A DNA stretch of 64,000 bases from Deltaproteobacteria bacterium (GTDB lineage: Bacteria; Myxococcota_A; Polyangia; Polyangiales; Polyangiaceae): NCBI GenBank assembly GCA_043747815.1, contig JAYTOL010000037.1, positions 11,695 through 75,694 on the forward strand, read 5' to 3'. This document shows positions 49,142 through 56,968 of this stretch, piece after piece. Below the pieces are notes generated by a model. The model did no database searches and was not told where the DNA came from. It was given only the letters and a program-made list of their open reading frames with translations. The translations under genes and the position numbers were made by a program. How positions within the stretch are numbered: the stretch's first letter is position 1; every line of letters begins with the position of its first letter.

Positions 49142-52100
49142 ATGGGCGGAGTTATTCGGGGTACCGTTGGTGCGTTTGCATTTCGAGCGCTGGCTGTCTC
49201 CACAGTGCTCGGATTGAGTGCCTGCGGTGATGACGACTCGACGTCCGTCGGCAACGGTGGCTCCGGAGGTCGAGGCGGAGCGGGCGGGGGGGACGACGCG
49301 GGCTCCATGACCGACGACAGTACGACTGTCGCCGAAGACCCCCTGGTAGGTACGGGCGGGCAAGTAGGTACGGGCGAATCGGGCGGGCAAGGGGGGGCAC
49401 CCTCGATCGGAGAGTCCGGTGCGAGTGGCGAAGCAGGCGCGGGCGGTGGCGAAGGCGGAGCGACCTCCGAAACTGGAGGAACGGGCGGAAATAGTGACGC
49501 TGGTACGACGGATGCTTCGATTCCAGGCGAATCGGGCGGTGCCGCCGGGCAAGGCGAATCGGGTGGTGCCGCCGGGCAAGGCGAATCAGCCGGTGCCGCC
49601 GGCGACCCTGTGGACGCTGGCCCACAGGTCATCTGCGCGCCCAACATTGAGGACTCGACCGCAACCATCCAAGAGTTCGACGCACCTCCAGGCAGCGCCT
49701 GCGTCCCTGGAACGCAGGGAACGTCGTATGCGTGTGACGTGGAAACCGAACAAGTCGCTTACCCTGGTCCACAGATCTTGGCTGGGGCTCACCTGGACCC
49801 TCCTGCGTACCTGCGGTTGCTGACACCAACCAGCGGAGGTGGGGGGGTTCAGACCTCAATTGCCTTCGAGTCGACGTCGCCCGCCCGCCCCGTCATCGTC
49901 GCCGACTTTGATTTCCGCGTCACACCGGAAAAGCTGTTCCGAGCCGACGGCTTTGGGTTTGCCTTGTTGGATGCCCAAACGTTCCCAGCGGGACCTGTGG
50001 GCTCTACCCCTCCGTGTTTTTCCGCTGAAGAGCCGAACTTCGACAATTCGGTCGGCGTCGGCTTCGACGTATACAGGAACAGCAACGATCTGGGCGACGA
50101 CGATCTCCGCGTCAACTACTCCAACGCCGTGTCCGTTCACTATGTCCCGGCGGGAACGGCATTTCCGAACTGCGACCTAGCCAAGGTCGCGTCGACCCAG
50201 GTCGAGGTCGGGCGGGTGGTCCATACGCTGGGTGTGCTGGACACCGGGCTCGAGCTCGTGAGCACGACGTGGAATCACGCCAGAGTCATTCTGGAGCAGC
50301 AGGCGGACCATGCGCTGGTCACCCTCCGGCTTACCGGAGAGTACGGCCAAACCTCGACGGTCGTCGATCGGGTCGAAATACCCGTCCCGGTGCCCTATTC
50401 CCCCCGGGTTTGGTTTGGTGCACGCGCAGGTGGGGAGAGCTCGACCTACGACATCGCCAATGTTCGCGTCCATTCACTGCAAGCGGCTGAATCGGGCGTC
50501 GCGTTTTCGAAGCGCGAGTGGAGAGTCGACGAAGCCGGATCGTTTGTCGACCTCGAGATCGTGCGCGAGGGCGCGTCGAGCTCTTCCTTGGTCGTTCAGT
50601 ATTTCACCCAGGATCGGACGGCGGTCGCCGGGCAGGACTACGAGACGCGGTGTGGTGAGGTGAGATTCGGCCCGGGAGAGTCCACCAAGAGCATTCGCAT
50701 ACACGTCCTCGATGATCAGCTCGACGAGTCGTCGACCACCTCAGTGGGTGGCTCCAGCGAACCCATCCCTTTGCCGGATGCCGAGAGCTTCACCGTTTCG
50801 TTGTCGACCAGTGACCCGAATGGCCGGATCTTTGGTCCATCCGTGGCCAACGTGACGATCGTCGATGACGAAGCTGCACGCAGTTCTGGCAGCTGGGGCC
50901 CGCTCTTGCCGTCCGGAATCGTCGCCGTGCATGCCGCCCTCTTGCCGACGGGGAAGCTATTGTTACTCGATCGGCTGGGAAACTTGGTGCTCTCGCAGTT
51001 GGGTGGGCAGAATGTGTCAATCGGGGGCCCGGGCTACGATGCCTTCTGCAATGGGGCGGCCTTTCTGGAGGATGGCAAGCTCCTCGTCAGCGGCGGTCAC
51101 GATGCGCCCACGGGGGCGGCCCTCATGGACGGCGTCGGCGTCGTGAACAACAGCCTGTTCGATCCAGTGGAGAATTCCTGGTTGCCGCTGCCCGAGATGA
51201 ATGAGGGGCGCTGGTACCCGACCGTCACGACTCTTTCGGATGGGACAGCATTACTCCTATCGGGTAGCTACGAGCAGGATTTCGAGAAGAATCCATTGCC
51301 TCAGGTCTATCTCCCCGACCAAGGGATCTATCGCGACCTCGTGGCGGCGGAGGCCCAACCCGAGAACGATCTCGCGCTCGGCTACGATCTGTATCCCCGC
51401 GTGTTTGCTCTTCCGAACGCAAAAGTGATCAAAGTGGGACCGGATCCGGACACGTGGATCCTCGACACGAACGGTGATGGGGGGTGGGTCGAAGGCCCTA
51501 CCACCATCGAGCAGGGCGGTCGAATCTATGGTCCGGCGGTCCTGCGCAATCATCAGGTGATGTTGACAGGAGGGGGGAGCCTCGACGACGCCGCTGCGCC
51601 AACCGATTCGACGGAGGAGCTCGACCTCGACACGCTCGCAGGCGAACCCGCCTGGGCTGCTCGTCCGCCCTTGTTCTTCGCGCGGCGCCAACACAACGCT
51701 ACGGTGTTGCCGGACGGACGAGTCTTGGTAACGAACGGCTGCCAGGGGCCCGGCTTCAGCGATATGAGCACCGCCGTGTTGCCCGCGGAGATGTTTACCA
51801 ACGGTGACTGGCAGATAATGCCGGCGTCGAGGGTACCGCGCTGCTACCATTCAGTCGCGCTCCTCCTCGCAGACGGAAGCATTCTGATCGGCGGTGGGGG
51901 TCAGGGGGCGGCTCTGCCGAGTGCTCAGAATAATTTCGAGATCTATTATCCTGATTACTTCTATCGGCCTCGCCCCAGCCTCAGCGGCGTGCCCGCGGAG
52001 GTGCACTACGGCGCCGCCTTCAACGTGACTACTTCGGCACCACCGAGTCGTATCTCCGTGGTTCGGCTGGGGGCCGTCACCCATTCGTTCGATCAAAATC

Positions 52101-52255
52101 AGCGATTCGCGGAGCTGCCTTTCACTCCAATAGCCCGCGGCGCCAGCGTCACTGCTCCGAACGATGGTTGGTTGCCTCCGGGTCACTATGTGCTGTTCGT
52201 GCTCGACCAGGCCGGCGTGCCGTCGGTAGGTGAACTGATTCGTCTGACACTCTGA
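49142..52255 (+). CDS. Lipoprotein: Gly-rich tether + L-type-lectin-like domain + Calx-beta + galactose/glyoxal-oxidase-type copper radical oxidase + C-terminal Ig-like domain
   Basis: GGGAGG Shine-Dalgarno. Lipobox VLGLSAC|GDDD. Lectin-like RADGFGFALLD. Calx-beta AVAGQDYE..GESTKSIRIHVLDDQLDE. Kelch blades and RCYHSVALLLADGSILIGGGG, which matches the Tyr-His copper ligands of galactose oxidase. C-terminal PPGHYVLFVLDQAGVPSVGELIRL. Confidence 0.8.
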   Translation: MGGVIRGTVGAFAFRALAVSTVLGLSACGDDDSTSVGNGGSGGRGGAGGGDDAGSMTDDSTTVAEDPLVGTGGQVGTGESGGQGGAPSIGESGASGEAGAGGGEGGATSETGGTGGNSDAGTTDASIPGESGGAAGQGESGGAAGQGESAGAAGDPVDAGPQVICAPNIEDSTATIQEFDAPPGSACVPGTQGTSYACDVETEQVAYPGPQILAGAHLDPPAYLRLLTPTSGGGGVQTSIAFESTSPARPVIVADFDFRVTPEKLFRADGFGFALLDAQTFPAGPVGSTPPCFSAEEPNFDNSVGVGFDVYRNSNDLGDDDLRVNYSNAVSVHYVPAGTAFPNCDLAKVASTQVEVGRVVHTLGVLDTGLELVSTTWNHARVILEQQADHALVTLRLTGEYGQTSTVVDRVEIPVPVPYSPRVWFGARAGGESSTYDIANVRVHSLQAAESGVAFSKREWRVDEAGSFVDLEIVREGASSSSLVVQYFTQDRTAVAGQDYETRCGEVRFGPGESTKSIRIHVLDDQLDESSTTSVGGSSEPIPLPDAESFTVSLSTSDPNGRIFGPSVANVTIVDDEAARSSGSWGPLLPSGIVAVHAALLPTGKLLLLDRLGNLVLSQLGGQNVSIGGPGYDAFCNGAAFLEDGKLLVSGGHDAPTGAALMDGVGVVNNSLFDPVENSWLPLPEMNEGRWYPTVTTLSDGTALLLSGSYEQDFEKNPLPQVYLPDQGIYRDLVAAEAQPENDLALGYDLYPRVFALPNAKVIKVGPDPDTWILDTNGDGGWVEGPTTIEQGGRIYGPAVLRNHQVMLTGGGSLDDAAAPTDSTEELDLDTLAGEPAWAARPPLFFARRQHNATVLPDGRVLVTNGCQGPGFSDMSTAVLPAEMFTNGDWQIMPASRVPRCYHSVALLLADGSILIGGGGQGAALPSAQNNFEIYYPDYFYRPRPSLSGVPAEVHYGAAFNVTTSAPPSRISVVRLGAVTHSFDQNQRFAELPFTPIARGASVTAPNDGWLPPGHYVLFVLDQAGVPSVGELIRLTL
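49526..49603 (+). repeat. 27-bp in-frame tandem repeat (~2.9 copies) encoding GESGGAAGQ
   Basis: ggcgaatcgggcggtgccgccgggcaa | ggcgaatcgggtggtgccgccgggcaa | ggcgaatcagccggtgccgccggc, read directly from the sequence. Confidence 0.9.
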
Positions 52256-52433
52256 GCGTGAGGGCGTCGGCAGACGGCGAACGCGCCAACTCGAAGTCCT
52301 CTCGGGGCTCGGCGAGCGCAGTCGCCCCGCTCGCAGCCACGAGCCATCCGGCGTGCCGCGCACCGGCATTGCAGGGCGGCCGCCAGTGCGTCGGCGGCTG
52401 CAGTTCCTCCAGCGCCGAGCCGCCCGGGCCGCC

Positions 52434-55400
52434 TTAGCGTTCCCTGATGCCCACGAGCTCGGCGATGGGCCGACCCGTGCGCTGCGCTTCGAGGAGCTGG
52501 CGGTGGCGCCAGATCGTGTACAAAACGGGTAGCACTTCCAGGGTCAAGAACGCGCTGGTGAGCAAACCGCCGAGCATGGGTGCCGCGACGCGGCGCATGA
52601 TCTCGGCGCCAGCTCCGTTGCTCCAGAGCAGTGGCAAGAGGCCGGCCGCCATGGTGGTAATGGTCATGAGCTTGGGTCGGAGACGGCGCACGGTGCCCTC
52701 GGTGTGAGCCTCCACGATGTCGTTGCGCGTCGTCAGCTTACCTTCACGCACGCGCTGATAAAACGCATCGTCGATGTACACGACCATTACTACGCCGGTC
52801 TGCATGGCGAGGCCGACGACCGAGAGCAGACCCACCCAGACCGGCGCGGAAAGGGGGTAATCCAGTATGTACAGCGTCCAGATGCTGCCAACCAGCGCGA
52901 AGGGGACGGCGCTGAGCACGATCAGCGCATGCATCCAGCCACGGAACTGAAGGAAGAGCAGGAGCAAGAGCGAGCCGAACACGAGCGGCACGATCCAGCG
53001 CAGCCGCCGCTCGCCTTGCTCGATGAGCGCGTACTGCCCGGTCCATTCGAAGCGCTCTCCCGGCTGGAGCTGCAGGCTACCGCCTTGCAGGGCAGCGTCC
53101 AGCTGGCGTTGGCCTTCGCGAATGTAGCTGCCCACGTCGGCGTCGGTTGTGAGATCGACGTACAGGTAGGCGACCAGCTCGCCGCCCTCGGATCGAATCG
53201 AGGAGGGCACGGGGACGTGAGCGGTGCGACCGAGCAAGGCGAGCGGGATGGGGCCTGCCGCGCCGCGCACGCTCAACTGGCGCAGCCGATCGGGGTCGCC
53301 GCCGCCGCTCACCCTGCGGGGCAAGAGGCGTACCCGCGTCGCCTGGCCGTCGATCTCGACATCGCCCAGCGAGCCACCGTGTAGCACGACGTCAGCGGTG
53401 CGCTGGACCAGGCCAGGCTCGGTCTGCAGGCGCGCGAGCGCGTCCGCGTCGGGAGTGAAGCCCAGGCGTGCCTCGCCGCCCAATGATTCAAAGAACACGC
53501 TACGCGTTCCAGTGACGTCTTCCAGCTGTGACTTCAGAGCAATCCCGAGCGCTTCCAGACGCTCGCCGCCCGCCGCCACGACGCGCAGGCCCACCGGGGT
53601 GCGGACGCCGGTCGCCAGCATATCCAGGCGCGCGCGCGCCGGCGCCGTCCAGGAGCTCGTCCAGCCCGGCAAGTGAGTGGCGGAGTCGAGTGCCGCGACG
53701 AGCTCCTGCGTCGAGCGCGCCTCTCGCTCGGGCCAGCCTAGCGCGAGGCAACGCCGGAACGGCTCCGGCGCCCAGATCGAGTACCAGCGCGGGTGTGGGA
53801 ACTTTGGCCATTGCTCTCGCGGTTTGAGCCGAATGGTCGTCTCGGCCATCGACCAGGGCGCGGGATCGGTCGCTGTTTCGGCTCGCCCGACCTTGCCGAA
53901 CACGCTCTCGACCTCGCCAAACTTGGCGATGATGCGATTCTGTAGATCGAGTTGGTCCTGAGCGTCTTCCGGATTAATACCAGGCAGCGTCGTGGGCATG
54001 AAGAGCAGATCGCCCTCCTCGATGCGCGGCAGGAACTCGCTGCCGAGCTGGGCGGCGATGGGCACGCTCGAGAGCAGCGCTAGCGCGGCCGTGGCGAGCG
54101 TCAGCAGTGGGCGGCCGAGTGCGAAGTGCACGATGGGGCGGTAAGCGCGTACCAGGAGGCGCACGAGCGGATGCTCGAACTCGGGGATCACACGACCCTT
54201 CAGCAGCAACGCCCTCAGAGCCGGCGCGAGGGTCAGCATGACGAGCAATGCGGCTGCGATCACCAGGGTCTTGGTCAGCGCCAGCGGCCGCAGCAGCTGG
54301 CCCGTCTCACCCGTGAATGCGAAGACCGGCAGGAAGGTGATCGCCGCGATCGAGAGTGAGGTGAAGATCGCGGACGTAAAGCCCGGATTAGCCACATCTA
54401 GAGCGGGTTCGCTTTGCGGCCGCAGGGCAGCCGCCTCGAGACGCCGGTGGCAGGCTTCCAGAGCCACTACGTCGGCGTCCACCGCGAGGCCCAGCGCGAT
54501 GCCGATGCCGCCGAGGCTCATGATGGTGGCCGGCACGCCGAGCAGCCACATGCCGAGAAACGTCAGCCCCAACACCACCGGCAGGGTGATCAGCGGAATC
54601 AAGGCGCTTCTCAGATGGAGAAGAAACAGTAGGACGATGGCCACCACGACGGCGACTTCTTCTGCGAGGGCCGCTACCAGGGTGCCGTGCACGTGGTTGA
54701 CGAGGTCGAGCCTATCGTAGACCGTGACCCAGCGGACGTGGTCGCGCGGCGGCCCGAGCTTCTGGTCGAGGGTACGGCGAACCCGCTCGATGAGTGGCCC
54801 GAGATCGGCGTCACGCCGCGCCACCACGATGCCCCCCACCACCGCGGGGTTGCCGGCGAGGTTGGCCAACCCGCTAGGCATGGTGGTCTTGAGCCGGAGT
54901 CGCGCCACCTCCCCCAAGAAGAGCGTCGAGCCGTCCGGTCCAGCGAGCGGGAGCTGCGCCAGAGCTTCGGGGCTTACGGCTCCGCGTTGCTCGCGCAGCG
55001 CCCGCTCCAACGGAGGCAGCGTATCGCTGAACGCGAGCCCGCGCTCCTCCAGCACGGTGCCATGTACCTCGACGAGCAGCTCTTCCACGGCACCGCCCAC
55101 GCTGGCGACCTCGGCGACGCCGGGAATCTCGAGTAGCGCCGGGCGCAACACGTCGTCCTGAAGACGCTTCAGCGTGAGCAACGACTGGTGGCGCGAGGGA
55201 TCCGACAGGGCGTACTGAAACACCCAACCGGTACTGGCCGCCGCCGGACCTACCTGAAGCCGCAGATCCGGGGGTAGTTGCGACCGCAGGGATGCGAGCC
55301 GGTCGAGCACCTCGCGGCGCTGCTGCTCCAGGTCAGAGCCATCGGCGAAGCTCACGTCGACGTACGCCATATCCGTCATCGACGAGCCGCGCACCGCAGT

Positions 55401-55637
55401 GGTACCGGGCAGTGAGCGCAGGGCGCCAGTCAGCAGGCTCGTCACGTCCTCGGCCACCTCGCTTGCGGAGTGCCCCATCCAGTCTCCCACGAGCGCGATC
55501 TTCGGATCGGAGAGCTCTGGAATGACGTCTCGTGAAAGCGCCCTCCGCCGCCATTCTCCCGCGAGGGCCAAGCAGACCATGAGCAGCAGCACGGCAGGCG
55601 CGTGCCGCGTGCAGAAGGTCTCGATGCGGCGGATCAA
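52434..55637 (-). CDS. Heavy-metal-efflux-type RND inner-membrane transporter (CusA/CzcA family)
   Basis: 1067 aa with 12-TM RND topology. The N-terminal IPELSDPKIALVGDWMGHSASEVAEDVTSLL is typical of the HME-RND family. The TTG start overlaps the adaptor stop (TTGA). Confidence 0.85.
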   Translation of the reverse strand: MIRRIETFCTRHAPAVLLLMVCLALAGEWRRRALSRDVIPELSDPKIALVGDWMGHSASEVAEDVTSLLTGALRSLPGTTAVRGSSMTDMAYVDVSFADGSDLEQQRREVLDRLASLRSQLPPDLRLQVGPAAASTGWVFQYALSDPSRHQSLLTLKRLQDDVLRPALLEIPGVAEVASVGGAVEELLVEVHGTVLEERGLAFSDTLPPLERALREQRGAVSPEALAQLPLAGPDGSTLFLGEVARLRLKTTMPSGLANLAGNPAVVGGIVVARRDADLGPLIERVRRTLDQKLGPPRDHVRWVTVYDRLDLVNHVHGTLVAALAEEVAVVVAIVLLFLLHLRSALIPLITLPVVLGLTFLGMWLLGVPATIMSLGGIGIALGLAVDADVVALEACHRRLEAAALRPQSEPALDVANPGFTSAIFTSLSIAAITFLPVFAFTGETGQLLRPLALTKTLVIAAALLVMLTLAPALRALLLKGRVIPEFEHPLVRLLVRAYRPIVHFALGRPLLTLATAALALLSSVPIAAQLGSEFLPRIEEGDLLFMPTTLPGINPEDAQDQLDLQNRIIAKFGEVESVFGKVGRAETATDPAPWSMAETTIRLKPREQWPKFPHPRWYSIWAPEPFRRCLALGWPEREARSTQELVAALDSATHLPGWTSSWTAPARARLDMLATGVRTPVGLRVVAAGGERLEALGIALKSQLEDVTGTRSVFFESLGGEARLGFTPDADALARLQTEPGLVQRTADVVLHGGSLGDVEIDGQATRVRLLPRRVSGGGDPDRLRQLSVRGAAGPIPLALLGRTAHVPVPSSIRSEGGELVAYLYVDLTTDADVGSYIREGQRQLDAALQGGSLQLQPGERFEWTGQYALIEQGERRLRWIVPLVFGSLLLLLFLQFRGWMHALIVLSAVPFALVGSIWTLYILDYPLSAPVWVGLLSVVGLAMQTGVVMVVYIDDAFYQRVREGKLTTRNDIVEAHTEGTVRRLRPKLMTITTMAAGLLPLLWSNGAGAEIMRRVAAPMLGGLLTSAFLTLEVLPVLYTIWRHRQLLEAQRTGRPIAELVGIRER

Positions 55638-56404
55638 GGCATCCCAGCAGGGGCCACACCAAGACGGCGTTCGGCGTCCAGAAAGAAGGCGTTGCGGACA
55701 AGGACGGGCTCGTGCTCCGACAAGCCGCTGACGACCGTCACCTTTTGATACTGGATCTTGCCGATGCGGAGCGGCCGCTGTTCGAAGCGGTCTGACTCGC
55801 CCGCGCGCACGAGCACGTACGGACCATGGCCGAGCGAGAGCAGCGCTTGCTCGGGCACTACGAGCGAGCTGCGGGTGCGGCGGGCGGTGAGCAGCACGCG
55901 TCCGACGCTCTGCGGCGCGAGCCCGTCGGGCACGGCACCTTCAAAACGAAAGCCGACACGCGAGGTCGACTCGTCCCACGGCAAGGGCGGCTCGGGCGCG
56001 CGCGACAGCGCCCGTGGCGGGTCGGTGCGGGCACCAAAATAGGCGAACGGGAGGTCAGCGTTTGATAGGCTCGGGAGCTCGTCGTTATATAGGATCGCTT
56101 GAACCCGTCCCGCAGCATCCAACCAGGCGGGTGCCTCGATAGCTTGGGAGAACACCTGCCGCAGCGCGGGCTTCACGTCGCCACGAGCCGGGGCGCTGTC
56201 TGTCGGGTCGGCGGCGGCCGCCTCGGCTCCCAGCGGCGCAGCCCGCCGCCAGGGCTCCAGCGCCATGCCGCACACAGGGCAGTCCCCCGAGCGCTCCGAC
56301 CTCACCTCCGGGTGCATGGGGCACACGTAGAGACTCCCGCTCGAAGAGCCGGATCTCGAAAAGGCAAAGCCAACCGCCAGCAGGCAGAAGAACACCAGAA
56401 CCAT
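55634..56404 (-). CDS. Short RND periplasmic adaptor with an N-terminal heavy-metal-binding CxxC-type domain
   Basis: TM/signal MVLVFFCLLAVGFAFS. Metal-binding domain YVCPMHPEVRSERSGDCPVCGMAL. The rest is about 190 aa resembling only the beta-barrel/membrane-proximal part of MFPs (LVVPEQALL...YVLV...RPLRIG...VTVVSGLSEHEPVLV). The ORF opens at 56671; ATG 56404 was chosen because it precedes the hydrophobic segment. Confidence 0.6.
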   Translation of the reverse strand: MVLVFFCLLAVGFAFSRSGSSSGSLYVCPMHPEVRSERSGDCPVCGMALEPWRRAAPLGAEAAAADPTDSAPARGDVKPALRQVFSQAIEAPAWLDAAGRVQAILYNDELPSLSNADLPFAYFGARTDPPRALSRAPEPPLPWDESTSRVGFRFEGAVPDGLAPQSVGRVLLTARRTRSSLVVPEQALLSLGHGPYVLVRAGESDRFEQRPLRIGKIQYQKVTVVSGLSEHEPVLVRNAFFLDAERRLGVAPAGMP

Positions 56405-56968
56405 GCGCCCGCCAACGATCCAGCGTGACAGAACTCGACCCTCCCTCCGGCGCAATCCCTCGACACCACCGAGACCCGGACTCTCCCAGTAGCGGCTTCC
56501 GACTGTCCGAACATACTCTGGACCGAGGGAATGGTCGACTCGACCAGCTTCGCGAAGCCGGCACGGGCTTTCAGAGGGAGGTGCGCAGCGGCTGACCTTT
56601 GCGATCGGAACGCGAGAGCGGCTGGCGCGCATTGCCGTCGCGAGCAAAGCCCTGCCTTTCCGGATCTGCACGTCCGTCAGATGGGAGGGTCCTCAATGCG
56701 TCCCGTTCGAGGCTCGCGATCGGCCTGCGTTGCTCCCCGGTCGTCCTGCCCAGGTCGAGGAGCATCGCGGCAACGAAGCGGACCTCCCGCTACGCCATCT
56801 CCCTCCGACACGTGAGGTTTTTCGGCATGCGCGGCTACTCTGGCGACAAGCCGTCGCCACGCAGCAGGCGAGCCGCGGGAAGCAGCGGCGCATCGATGAG
56901 CGTTGCGCGCCCCGCATGCTTCTGCCACATCTTGGTTCTTTGCTTCGTCAGAAGGATCTGGGGTGTGC

